From NCBI RefSeq assembly GCF_006345805.1, contig NC_043015.1, positions 6,014,001 through 6,078,000 of the forward strand: a stretch of DNA of 64,000 bases, read 5' to 3'. Positions 13,341 to 27,678 of the stretch are shown here, in pieces (positions within the stretch are counted from its first letter, which is position 1; every line of letters begins with the position of its first letter). The stretch is from Octopus sinensis (taxonomy: Eukaryota). The position numbers were made by a program, and so were the translations under genes. The notes under the pieces are model-generated. The model worked only from the letters and a program-made list of their open reading frames with translations, did not search any database and was not told the DNA's origin.

Positions 13341-15113
13341 GAACACAGAAAGAAACAGGGAGAGGAAATAAAGAATGTGTAGTAGCTAGCGATCGACACA
13401 CACACGCATATACATATTTACACACACATACTTACATATACACACACAATTGCATGAAGTTTGAAGTACAAACATACATGCAAATATCTACCATATATAT
13501 TGTACACCTTCAGACTTATATATACTAGCCACCATTCGACCGGCATTTACGGTTGCTCTTGAGGAAGGCCCTTTTGACGCCTTCGAGATCCATTTTCTGT
13601 GTTCCTTTTTTTCTTTCATTTTATTCTGGCAATGAAAATTTGCGACACTATCATAGAGTCGTGTGCTTCAAACTCACCGTAGGAATTAATTCACGTCATA
13701 TCTTTAGACTTGAACCTCCATTTGTACTAAGCCAGTGAAATGTATGACTATCATAGCTATCATAATTTTTCCATCATTTCACTATATCAGAAAATATATT
13801 AAAATCAGATTGAGATAAAATGAATAGGATCCCTTCATCTCAATCTCATTCTATCTTTTATTACAAATCTTTAGTAGGATACTGTAACCGGAGCAGGAAG
13901 ATTAGTTTTCCAGCTAGACATAGGTTTCATAAACTACAAAATATAATATCCACACTACCACGCTTGAAACGTACCTGTTATACCACTTTATCTCAATTTG
14001 AATGTACGTGAAGGTATTTAGAATGCCCAAACTGATTTCTGCAAATGTGCCAAGCACTGATGCTCAACATAGTTTAATCAGTAAGCCTAGGAGTCAGGTA
14101 AATGCAGTAAAATTAGGGAGGTGTTAGTAGGGCCCCATATAAGCAGCCCTTCAGAAATTGAATTCCTTAAGATACTCTCTGGGTGTTCATGGCATGAAAT
14201 GCATTGTCATTGCTCCAATTTGGTTGCCAATGGCATGTATTTAGTTTAAAATGGAGTAAAAGTAGGGGGAAGTTAAAAAATAGAGCCACTTAGGACATTC
14301 CCTGGGATTAGGGGAGTTGCTCGTTTGAGTTTCGTTGTCCTTGCACCAACAGTCTAGGAGGAGTCAACGAACATAAAACCGTATCGGAATGAGAAACAAA
14401 TAAACACACATACACAAAGTAAAAGAAAAATGAACAGAAATACACCATTATAAATATATACACATGCATAGAGGTAAACATACAAACATACATTGATAAT
14501 TACTCTTATCGCTTTGACATACAACACGCCAACAGACACACCCAAGCACACATTCATATCAGATTCATAGAAGTTTACACAGATACACATGATACTTTTT
14601 CTTATTATTAGTGTCATGTGTTTACAGGACAGGAAGATTTGTCAGATATTTACAGAGTAGCTGTGCTTTATAATTAAGTTATAATCTTTATAAGAAGAAT
14701 TGAACATAAGTCATTCAATATATCTAGTTTAGTTTATCTTGAAGGCATGATGATTGGTATGTCTTGCCGCAAATCAGAACGTATCGTCTGCTGCGTGATA
14801 TCAACTAATCACCTGCAGCTGTATATTCTGAGATCAGAAGCATAGATGGTTGCTTTAACTCTTAAATTCGATATATTATGCTAAAATAAATAACTATACA
14901 CCGAAAGACACAGGCACACATATACAGAGACACTCATACTTTGATAGACAGATGTATACACGAATGAAAAAAATATATATGTTTAAGCATGTGTATACGT
15001 GTATGCACGGAGGCACATACACACGCATATATAAATAAATAGTTATATATATATATATATCTATCTCTATATATATGTATATGTATATCGATATCGATCT
15101 ATCTATCTATTTA

Positions 15114-15144
<31 letters not shown>

Positions 15145-15151
15145 ATCTCTC

Positions 15152-15205
<54 letters not shown>

Positions 15206-16548
15206 ATATTCGCATTACATATCGATAAATATACGCATTACAAAAAACTTCGCTGCATAAAACTAAGTGTGTATTTATGTATGCATGTATTTGTGTGTGT
15301 GTGTGTATGTATGTGTGTGTGTGTGTGTGTGCGTGCGTGTTGTATGTGTGCATTTGCGCGTATGTGTGTGTCTGTGTGTGCATATGACGCTACTGACTGT
15401 GTTCCTCTTTATGAAAAATTTGCTTAAAATATTAGTAACTGAATATTAATCTAATAACTTATAATATTTAAGTTCATATTCAATTACTCCAATTATTCCT
15501 ATAAGCATCATATCATAGCATAATTGGAATGATTTTATATTAGATTCTTCTAAGAAATTCATTTAAAAGAAACCAAAATTCATTTAATTTTTTTTTTCGT
15601 TTGCTATAATATTATAGAAGATATTCTTTAATGCAACATATTTTCATGTATTGAATTAATTATTTCTCAAAAATACTAGTTTAATTCTCAAATAGAACAA
15701 ATTTAATTGCGTTCACAGACTGTAACTTGATTTTAAATGACAATTTTTTTTTGCCATTCTATACTTTTATGAGTAAATAAGCTACCTATGTTTGCCACAA
15801 ATAAAAAAAAAAAATTCCTTGTTCTAGTTAGGTATATTGTTGATTTCTAATTGATATTCTTTGATTGTCATTTCTAAATTTATATTAAGTGATTTTTCAT
15901 AATGCAATAGCTCAAACAATAATGATGGTTTAAATAAATATGCAGTTTTCATATCTGAAATATTGACGATAATATGTAGAAAATTTAATTTTGTTTAATA
16001 ATTATTTCTCTTTAGTTATGCATAAAAATAATAATTGCTTGCAAAGAAATCAATGCTAAAACCAGATTTATTTCTTATTCTTCAGAGAGGCAAATGCAGT
16101 TACTATGATCTATTATTACACCGAATTAAGAGGTGTTTCCTAAACTTATAATGTTGCAGCAGTGCGAACTGAATGGAAATCATTGAAAGACAAAAGTATT
16201 ACACTGAGGGACGGATTAAATCTACTAGATAAGAACTAAGTACACAGATTCCTTGCGCAAATTCTGAAAATTAACTCGTCCGGCGCTTTCATAATACAGC
16301 AGAATAAACTCCGTTTGTCATTTGCTGCGTGCTGTAAAGAATTTGCTAAATTACTGTATTATTTTATAAGGAAGGTTTGAACTTTCTTTTACATTATCTG
16401 CTGAGGACAAGGTTTTTGAATACGTGATATATTTCATACTTTAGAAATATATTTGTTGAAGCGCTGCACAAATATTTTCTCTTTAGATTTATTGCACATT
16501 ATTTGCATTATTTACAACTGACGGATATTCGTCCTCATCTTTCCTGCT

Positions 16549-16591
16549 AACACGTTTCGGCTGATATACCCTCCAGCCTTCATTAGGTGTC
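16549..16591 (-). ncRNA. Type I hammerhead ribozyme motif (G5A in this copy)
   Basis: GACAC-CTAATGA-A-GGCTG-GAGGGTATAT-CAGCC-GAAACGT-GTT. Stem II has 5 bp. The plus-strand sister copy supplies GAAACGTT-GTGTT, which pairs with GACAC as stem I. Confidence 0.7.
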
Positions 16592-16667
16592 TTGGGGAAA
16601 TTTCGAACCTGAGTTCTCATTCCTAAGATACTTTTTGATGTTGTTGTTGTTATTATTATTATTATTA

Positions 16668-17107
16668 TTGAATGAGAGAGCAGTGCATGCCATCAAAGTG
16701 ACACTGGGGTAAAATATACGAAGCCCAATATACCCATCATGACTACCCGTCTGATAAAGGTACACCAGGCACATGCCTCACAACCATATGTGCGCGACAT
16801 GGTGATCTCATATCAAGATAAACAGCACATGACCTTGCAGGTGGGGCCCAGTTAGAATTTTCTTCAGGTTGAGTAGCCCATCCCGCTCAAACGGTCCCTG
16901 AATAAGGGTTCTTTAAGGATGTTGAAAGAACCACCCATGTTTCCAGAGGTGAACTATTCAAATCCCAAAGAATCCCTCTCAACACATGGCTATGATGCTC
17001 CCCCACTACTTCTGCTCGTGATCAGAGATGCACATATCGTCAGCCACTAAGGGACATGCTCAACTGGTTAAGGTCAAACAACTGACAAGCAAATCTGTGG
17101 TATTGAG
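16668..17107 (-). mobile_element. Retroposed 3' fragment (LINE 3' UTR or SINE) inserted in an (AAT)n tract
   Basis: A ~440-bp block of higher GC ending on the minus strand in GCACTGCTCTCTCATTC-(AAT)n, with (AAT)n on both sides. No ORF supports a clade assignment. Confidence 0.6.
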
Positions 17108-17129
17108 CTAATATTATTATTATTATTAT

Positions 17130-17196
17130 TCAGGTCACTGCCTGGAATCGAACTCGGCTTAGTAGTCCGCGCTCTTAACAATTACGCCATATGCCA
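17130..17196 (-). other. tRNA-derived Pol III promoter head (A box and B box)
   Basis: The minus strand has A-box-like TGGCGTAATTG (17189-17179) and B-box GAGTTCGATTCC (17155-17144). It is not a complete cloverleaf. Confidence 0.7.
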
Positions 17197-18924
17197 GTGG
17201 GTGAAGGCTGGAGGGTATATCAGTCGAAACGTTGTGTTAACAACAAACAAGATGAGGACAAATATCCTTCAATTGTAAATAACGTATATAATTCCTCATC
17301 TCTTAAATATAGAACTGTAGAGGTATCGTAGTGTCTTATTCGAATTTGGCCGCTCTATAACACTTGCAGTTATTGTGTTAACCTAGAGAAAAGAGAAATT
17401 TAATGCTACTGCCCTCATCTTCAACTCACTTTGCTTATTTCGCTATAAGACTGTTGTATGAATGCAATTATCTAATTTTTTGATGCAACGCATGATTCAT
17501 GTATTAGGAACACAAATTTTTTTTTCACTGGTTCCAGTGAGTTTGCCGAGGCTATCTTACGCCACAGCTGTATACAATAGTTTTACATAGATAGCAGTTT
17601 AACGAATCGATTACTTATATTAGAGGAACGAGAAAAAAAAACGCGAAAAGTTAATTACTTTGACACCGTATGTATTAAAGATCACTCCCTTAATGCATTA
17701 CAAAAGAAGAAAACCGAAATGTTTATGGTATCATATTTTTGAAAAATATATTATGATATTGAATTTTGTATAATGGTCCAAAAACTCATAAATATACAGC
17801 TTAAATACTATTATCCTACTGTACAAGACACACTTAACAGCCTGATATGGATGGGATTTCTATATACAATACGGAAAATTTAACAATTTATATTTTCATT
17901 GGTTTATTCTTTCCACTATCGCTGAAATTATATTCCCATACTCCTTCCAAAAAAAAAATAAATAAATAAATAATAATAATAATAATAACATTAATAATCG
18001 AAAATCTCATATGTTCTCTAATTCACCCAACATATTATTCTGTCAATATTAATAAAATAATATATAAAAATGATAAGTCAGGCATACACCTATTTTATAT
18101 TCGACTATTCTGAATAATAGCTACAGGTCTAGACATTAATGAGATTTTGAAAAATTAAGTTTAGAAATATGCAATATCATCTGGCACATCAACAGAATTC
18201 CAATACGTATATTTCCGAGAAAAGAATTCAAAAGGATGGTTGTGAAAATTCAAAACTTTCTATAATCTAATAGACGCATGCTGCTTTGAAAGAACGATAT
18301 TGCTGAAATCCGGTTATGCTAACAGGCTTATTTGGAACAATTTTGTTATAATTAAATTAAATTCTCCATTGTGTAACAGGATATGAATTACACTCCACCC
18401 CGTCAAACTCACGTGCAAAAATTAGACACACATAGAAACACACACACATAAACATACATATACACAGAAACTGTTTTTATAATATTTTTTTTCTGACATT
18501 CTACACATAGACTTGTGGATAATATATTCACTTCGAAAGTACGTGGGTCCGAGTTCGATGTCATTGGATACTATATTGGGCAATATTGAGCAAGTGTTCA
18601 CAATTATAACTGCCAGTTGACTATCATTGCTGCGAATTGGCTAAAGAAGTGCAGATGCCCGAGGGTATATATATACATACACAAACACACCCAAATATGC
18701 ACACACACACACATGCACATACACATGCACACATATTCAAGGTTGATAAGCCACAAAAATAGGTAACCTTGTAACAGATTAGCGTACAATGCCGAGATGA
18801 TAACTCAAGGAAATCATGTGAAAGGAAATGTTGCGTGCCACGTTTTGTATTCAGCGATTGAAAGGACGAAATGTACCATTCGTTCTTTGAATCACGACTT
18901 AGACTGTTTATTTTTAAATATAGG

Positions 18925-19633
<709 letters not shown>

Positions 19634-19881
19634 AACATTTATATATAAAGAACGTGAAATACACGAAGGGATGAACACGAAGGGATGAACAGACAAGTCA
19701 TTCGAAGCCTTCAATCTTCAGTCAGAAACCGAATCATCACGGTAAATTTCGGCTAATATATATATATATTATATATATATATATATATATACATATATAT
19801 ATACATAAACATTTATGATAGAATTTAAGAAGCAAAGAAACTAATAACAGAGCTAATCGTAAAGTAGAAATGTGTACTTAC

Positions 19882-20031
19882 CCAGCACTCCAAGCCGGTA
19901 GTTAACAGTTACAACAATGACTTCGCCAAAGCTAGCCAATACACTTCCGTCGTAGACGTTTCCGCTTCCGGAATCGTACGACTCACCATGGATAAATACC
20001 ATTACGGGCATAGGGTTCGTGTTGTTCCATT
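19882..20031 (-). CDS. NLGN: Neuroligin internal coding exon (150 nt, phase 1-1), cholinesterase-like domain; paralog not resolvable
   Basis: Acceptor cttcttttatatcttcAG (AG at 20033-20032) and donor GCTGG|GTAAGT (GT at 19881-19880). Translation: [54 protein letters not shown] in place of the esterase HGG(G/A), and [22 protein letters not shown], are neuroligin signatures. The ORF track missed it because it is under 60 aa. Confidence 0.93.
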
Positions 20032-20624
20032 CTGAAGATATAAAAGAAGTAGGATAAAGATTAGTACACGGTATACTTTAATTTAAATATGTATGTATCT
20101 TTATGTATTTTAGGGCAAGTTATTATCGGGTGTGGATTTCTTTTACGAAATCTCGCTATAAAATTTAATACTTGATGAAGAGGTACATGACTAAAGGAGA
20201 AACGAAATAAAGCATGTACATGCAGTGTTATTGCTAACGGGTTATCTGATAATGGACAAACACACAGATACACATATACACAAAAGCGCAAACAACTCGT
20301 TCAGATACACGTGTGCGTTCGCGTGTATGAAAGTGTAGTTTTCTTCTTCCATAATGTAGTAGTGGCATCGGATTGACGTACGGTTTCAGTTGGCATTTCC
20401 AATCATTAGTAGTGTTCATCTCAGCCGATTTTTTTTTTTACCGAAAGAGATAGAGTGCAAGGTACGAAGAAATGAAAAGAAAGCGAAGAAAAACCAGTGA
20501 TATTGTGTGTGTGGAACATACACACGTGTATATTTTTATATATGTATACGTTTCCATCATTGCAAACATTTACAGTATACACTAAGCTTACAGGGAAATT
20601 AATGAAAATATCTCTATACTTTCT

Positions 20625-20639
20625 ATTTATCTATATCTA

Positions 20640-20734
<95 letters not shown>

Positions 20735-20741
20735 TTGTCTG

Positions 20742-20825
<84 letters not shown>

Positions 20826-20830
20826 AAGAG
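20625..20830. repeat. (TATC)n/(TC)n/(TA)n compound microsatellite
   Basis: Direct reading. Confidence 0.95.
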
Positions 20831-22359
20831 AGAGAGAGAGAATGTATATATATATATGTATATTTAAAGGCATCTATTCATAGAATCACACGCACAGACA
20901 TACACTCGTGTGCGAGCAATTAGAATTATGTAAGCGCTAGATACAGTAAGCTTTTTCTATAAATTCCATTCTATGATGAAAACGTAGATTATGGCACTGC
21001 CTTTCTCGAGTAATCACATTGGAAGTATTTATAACTGCTATAAGAGAATATATTTGTAGGAAATAATTCTGAGGTCAAAATATTTATAGTGAACTGTATC
21101 GAGTTATTGATTGAAGTATTATATCACATTTGTTTGATTACTCTAGGTTTTCGCTTGCGTTGAAAACTTACAAATTATTAGCTCCTTCACCATCATGCCA
21201 CAAATAAATATGCCAAGTTTCTTATTCATTATGGCGACGAAAATCTATCTAAAGTTCAACGTAAACGAAGACAAGATGACTATAGAAATCCCGTGAATAT
21301 ATCATATCAGCATATTTATCAATAAAGAAATAATAATATAGGACGCGTGGTATGCTTACTCCCTCTTCCCTCAACAGCTAAATTCGGTTCAGACACTTTG
21401 AAATTATGACTGAAGTTAACGATTCTCCATTCCTGGATTGGAAATATCACTAAAGAAAGGTCAAAAACATTATGCGTTTGTCAGAACGAATACTCAATAC
21501 GTCCAACTTTTTGTCTCTGTCTCTCACGTTCTCACTGTCTGTCTCTCATATGCGCTCTTTCTTTAATGCACTTATCTACAAACAGTGTGTGTCCGTGTGT
21601 ATGTGTGTGCGCAAGTATATATATATATATATAATATATTATATATATATATATATATATAGTTCATGGTTCATCAATTTTTGTTTACGTTATGTTTTAT
21701 TGAATTTTAAATAGAGACCTCGATGTCATTCTGTGTTTTGACTCTGTCATAACCCGAAATGTTAGGCACTGAAAAGTTAATGCGATTAGGAAGAAAACGT
21801 ACCCATTAGTATTTGTATTGTTATCCAAAAATATATTTTGATAATTAATTTCCCTAAATTCTACAATTGCATGCGATATCGAACGAACATTAGGGAAAAC
21901 TACTTTAGCAGAAAATTTACGTAACTATGAAAATGAGAGATGATATTAAATAGAATTGAAAGCATTTTCAAATGTAACAATTGAAGAAAATAACTGAAAA
22001 TATATAACATATTGTAGCTCGATTATATAAAAGACGAAGTAAAAAAACACGAAAGTTATGGAATCAGTCACTCACAAACGTATACACGCCTTCTCGTAAA
22101 TATAGTTTCATTTACAAACAGTTTGGCATATGTAAATATGCACATTGTACTTATTGCAATATATCTTTGCCAGATATGGAAAATGTTTTTTCTCGTGTAA
22201 AATTTGTATTATAAGGGCATGATGAGGTGAGTAAATAGAGTAATTGGAAACGGTTATGCAACATCCGTCTTGATTTATCTTTATCAATCAATCACTCAAA
22301 CGTCCATTCAATGACTCAGTCAACGAATCAATCAATCAGTCAGTCTCTCTATCCATCAG

Positions 22360-22361
22360 TA

Positions 22362-22420
<59 letters not shown>

Positions 22421-22421
22421 A

Positions 22422-22476
<55 letters not shown>

Positions 22477-22527
22477 TTATCTATCTATATATCTATCTAC
22501 CTATCTATCTATCTATATATCTATCTA

Positions 22528-22563
<36 letters not shown>

Positions 22564-22630
22564 TCTATCAATCTATCTACCTGTCTGTCTGTCTATATGT
22601 CTGTTTGTCTGTCTGTCTGCCTAGCTGTCT
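22360..22630. repeat. (TATC)n/(TGTC)n microsatellite
   Basis: Direct reading. Confidence 0.95.
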
Positions 22631-25004
22631 GTCTGGGTCAAAATTAGGCTTTCAATAAACAGCTAAATAAGTGGCTCCAATCAATCACTCAGTTTCAAAG
22701 ACCAAACATGTCGCGAGTGACTGTGACTCGGGTTCATTTCTCTTTATATCCTACCAAATCCTGCCGAAATTTTGATGGAACCTCGCCAACTTCCTAGTTG
22801 TTGGATTTCGCCCAGTTTCGGGATTTTATTCTGAGGATCTCTTCCTCAATCTAAAATGCTGGTATCCTTCTTGGCAAAAAGTTCCTTGCCATCAATCTTC
22901 TCCATAAGAGACATTTGAAACTGAATTTCAGTAATTAAGATTTTTCGTTTGCATTCCTCGTTGTTCAAATTACGATAAAACGCCAAGTACACTAAGCACT
23001 CGTTCACTTCAGCTCGCTCCGTAGCAAGACATGGTGTGATGCTGTGCCTGTTATTCAAGCGAGGGATGATACCATGAATATTCCATATTTCAGAATGACC
23101 TCGCTACATTGGCTTGCTGGAACTTGATTTAGAAGTGGAGATGTAGAACTGGCAATTTTAGTTGAGCAGTCTGGTAATCCTTTTTCTAGTACGAGAGCTA
23201 GAGTATATATGGTATTTCCTTATGCATCATAAATAAATATTCCTTCGCTAACTATGAAGTGCGAGATTTGAACGCTGGATTTCTTTATCAATTTTTCAGT
23301 ACTGAGTAACTACATGGGAAGCTGACTGAAGATTTCGAAAGTATTAATACTCTTTCTATTTAGAAAACTAAAATCCACTTAGTCTATCGTGTGCTCTGTG
23401 GCTGTGACAGTCGTCGTATGTGAATGTACGCTGTTCATGTGTGGGCGTGTTGTTTCGTAAAATCTCTCATTTCTTTCTTTCAGAGACTTTGATCTAATTT
23501 GTTTTAATGTTTAAAATTATGTTGTCTTTTTTTTTTTTCAAATATTCGAATTTTCATTGTGATTTAGAAAAGATTAATCCACTAAGATTATATCAAAAAC
23601 AAATAAAAGTGCGAATGACACATTCACCTAAATCTTCAGATACAACAATTCAATTCCGTTAAGTGAAACTGTCACAGCGATCCAGGCCTGAAAAATGTCC
23701 TTACCGCTATTGACAAACTCTATTAGTTAGAAAGGAAGAGATTAACCGAAGTAATCATAGCATTTCTATGAAATTGTCATGTGAAATTAATTCATTAATG
23801 ACAGACGTGCTTGGTTAGAGTAATTATTTGGACGACTCATTTTTATTCTGTTCTGTTATATCAAATGATATAAAGTCTGCATTTATAGCAAGAACAAGAA
23901 GAAAACGAAGAATGTTCCAACATCAGTAATTTCTTAAATGTCTCTATTGTTTCGGACATGCCATCTGTTGTTATTTATAAATGAATTAAACGTGTAGAAA
24001 CCAGGAGTGAATATTTCGTCTGCTCAGAATTCTCTGATTTTTTTTTTTTTCTGAATTTCTTACCAATACTTAAATCCTTACTTTAATCTACCAATATTGC
24101 AAAATGTTAAGAAAAGAAAAGGAAAAATCTAAAACAAGCAACAAAGAGAGACGAAATGGAAATCTTCTCATTATTCTAATACAATTCAACTGGTATAATA
24201 GTAGCTGAATGAAAGGATTTCAGGAATAAATCTTCATTAGGAAGAAATACTCAGCCAACTTTAACGATTAACTTAGATATTGGTTTCAATTTGATAATGC
24301 TCTTCAATTAAAGCAAATCCACTTGCTTAAGATTTTATTCAGTATCGACGTATGCTACCATTACTAACAATATTTTCCTAGTGAGAGCGCTATATTCAGC
24401 ACATTTGTGCGTCATCGAGAAGCATCTCATTCAATTCATGGGGAAACATATGTCAATCAAGGAATATTTTATTTATTGAAAACCTCAGGTTACTGAATAC
24501 ATGGTCTTAGGATTCACTCTTGCAATAGATTTATATTAACAAATAACATATTTGTTGTGAGCCAGACAAGATTTTGGATTTTCTGGATATTAAAATGCCA
24601 TTTTGTTAATAAAACTTAAAAAGGATTAAATCATTACCCATATGAGTGACATTAGACATGCAGTAAATATGAAAAAAATAAAGATTAGTATAACGACCTG
24701 TTTAATATTTTATTTAGCCTCGTTAATTTATGGATATGATTTATGTCTAATCATATTTTGTAAAATTACTACACTTGACATTCTCCGCACCCCATTTTGT
24801 AACCGCTCGATTTCCTCGGGGTAGCTGTCGAATTTCAAATAAACGAATAATGGTGATAACTGGAAGGCATTTATTATAGACTTGTGCTATCAGGGAGGAT
24901 TTTCCCCTACCTCAGAAAAGGCTGTATTTATATCATTCAGAGTGACTTAGTCGTACTCAACACTACACACACAAACGCACACATGAACACACCCTCCATA
25001 TATA

Positions 25005-25100
<96 letters not shown>

Positions 25101-25169
25101 TATATATATATATACATATATATATATACACACGGATATTTTATCCCTTAGTTGGTTCTTACAACCGCT

Positions 25170-25228
<59 letters not shown>

Positions 25229-25996
25229 TTATTTCGAATCCAGAACACTTCGCAACCAAATATTTACATGCTATTCTTTATAACTCTATGTGATATACTT
25301 GGAAAACCACTATTTAAAAATAGAAATATTTCACCTTCTCTTGAAAGTTTATAAAATTGTTATGTCGTCAAGAGTAACGCTATTAAGTCCAATTTTCTCA
25401 GGAAGTTATTTAGAAATGTTTGTTGCATTTTAGGAATGGCAGTGTGAAAGTGAATTACTCAGATCATCATCTGAAGTATTTATATCCTTTTGCTTAGAAA
25501 GGTTTTTACTAGACACAAATAAAATATAGAATGGAACAGACGCAGGAGGTAAGAGAAATGTATGAGGAATCTCCTTCCAATTTTCTGTATTTCGATCTTC
25601 TTCATATCTTCCTTCCTTTTTCTTTCATTCTCTCTTCATTTTCCTCTTATATACCAAAATGTCCTTTAACTGAAGAAAGAGGACTTTCTCAGATGAATAA
25701 CTGATCGTTTTCTCAGCCTCTGCCTCTCCGAAAAAGCAACAGGTATTTGAATAGCTCACTTCCGACTTTTCACACGACAGGAGATTGTATTGTTTGCATT
25801 CATTGCGAGTGTTAAGAATAAATTTATCATGTGAGGAATATTCAGAGCTATCTAAACAAATTCTCTAATATAATCTAAGCTTAGATGCAATACATCGCCA
25901 AACACACGAATTCAACTTCAGAAATGCACCAATCTGCCCACTAAATAGAAAATTCATATCGAAGTCGTTGATATATGTATGTATATATATGTATAT

Positions 25997-26039
<43 letters not shown>

Positions 26040-27306
26040 TATATATACACATACATACATACATACATACATACATACATACTACATACATACATACAAA
26101 TATATAAATCCTTATTAAAAGCATCACCTGGTATTAAGGGGGCTTGTCAACGTTCGAAATATAGTTAAACTCGGTTAATAAAGCATGAATGCACATCGGA
26201 TTGAGAAAATAATAAAAATAAAAATAAAGATTCAACGAAAAATTGTTGTTCAGTTTGACTAAAATACAAAAGGAGAGAAGTCAAAAACATTCCAAGAGTA
26301 TGTAGAAAATAACAAACAAACAAAAAACATGTATTCGGGAATCAGATTTAATTCGGGAATTGCGAGAAATTAAAGAAGGAAAAAAATAGAACAAGCTAAC
26401 CAGATCATGTGATAAATTATATACATATTTCCATAGGAAAATTGCTATCGTTAATGAGTATTCGAAGTGTATAGGTATATGCTAATTTAACAAGGAATTA
26501 GTCTCATCCTTCAATCATTTGAAACGAAAGCAGAGTTAATTCCCCTGGGATCGTAGCCTGTAGAACATAGCTTCATCGATGGAGCTTATCTAAACCTATT
26601 TAAAACGAAAATTGATATAATCAATTAGAAGATTAATCTCTCTCAGACGCAAACGGATACTTTGGCGAGAATCTCGTTTACAATTACTGTGGAACACGCA
26701 TCCGTAAACGGCAATTTCGTGGGGCGGGGGGTTGAAGGTAAGTAACATACGATCCACCATATAGTGATTCTCATACTACGTCAGCTGAAATTCGATGTTG
26801 GCGGGAAAATTTCATTAAAACACCAGTTTCAAAGAGATGAATATGTATTGCACAAAAAACGAAAAGATCTGTACCATTTCTCCAATATTTCTCTCTCCCC
26901 ACTTCTATCTGTCTCTCACACTTATATACATCGTGCACGCATAGCTTCATTAATGTACACAAACATCCATATGTACATAGATACATCCTTACACACATAC
27001 ACACACACACATGTATACAGCAATACCTCACTTATGAGGACCTGTTTAACCAGACCCCGTGTTTACGAGTTTTATTTTAGAATAGCAATAAAAAAAGTTT
27101 TAGCAGTCATTTTGTATGTGTGTGGCAACGTCGCAACATGTGTGGAAACATGTGGCAACACTGTTTCTAAAGCGTCTGCACTGCAACGGAGTAAGATGAC
27201 TGCATAAAATTTCATTACTACTATGGGAAATTATTAGTCTGCTTTACGAGCTTTCGTTTTACGATCGATGACCGGCAACAGAGTAACTTGTATATCGAGG
27301 CAATAC

Positions 27307-27346
<40 letters not shown>

Positions 27347-27538
27347 CTATGTAACGGTGTCGTGTTTTTCTTGCACTTTTCTACGGCCTTATCGTCCTTC
27401 CCTCCTTTTGACGAATAGCCATGATTGAAACGTCACCCACCCTACTTTTTTCAATCTTAAATATTCTCTGAACGTTAGTCTAATACATTCACTGAGTATA
27501 TCCTTTTAACTTTTATGGCTTTTCCTGCTTGATTGTTT

Positions 27539-27678
<140 letters not shown>

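Larger units (their letters stand above)
16490..17318 (-). mobile_element. Composite element: tRNA-like head, (AAT)n, hammerhead and 3' tail; interrupted by a ~440-bp insertion and capped by an inverted partial copy of its 3' part
   Basis: On the minus strand: head 17196-17130, (AAT)n, an insert at 17107-16668, (AAT/AAC)n, then a hammerhead at 16591-16549 and a tail. On the plus strand, 17202-17318 repeats the hammerhead and tail (GAAGGCTGGAGGGTATATCAG(C/T)CGAAACGT...AAGATGAGGAC(G/A)AATATCC) in inverted orientation. Confidence 0.7.

Noticed and set aside
20234-20419. Minus-strand ORF containing VNPMPLLHYG, echoing TNPMPVMVF of the real exon
   Set aside because: There is no usable acceptor (A-rich upstream), similarity is limited to four residues, and nucleotide similarity is not evident.
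21360-21410. Possible 18-nt or 50-nt micro-exon ending at a GTAAGC donor on the gene strand
   Set aside because: The 50-nt form has a stop and the 18-nt form has a weak acceptor. It is indistinguishable from chance without RNA data.
22690-23200. Minus-strand ORF with WNIHGI and NEECKRKI, suggestive of a LINE endonuclease start or a gag motif
   Set aside because: Single short motifs with no correctly spaced follow-up motifs. It may be an old repeat but cannot be assigned.
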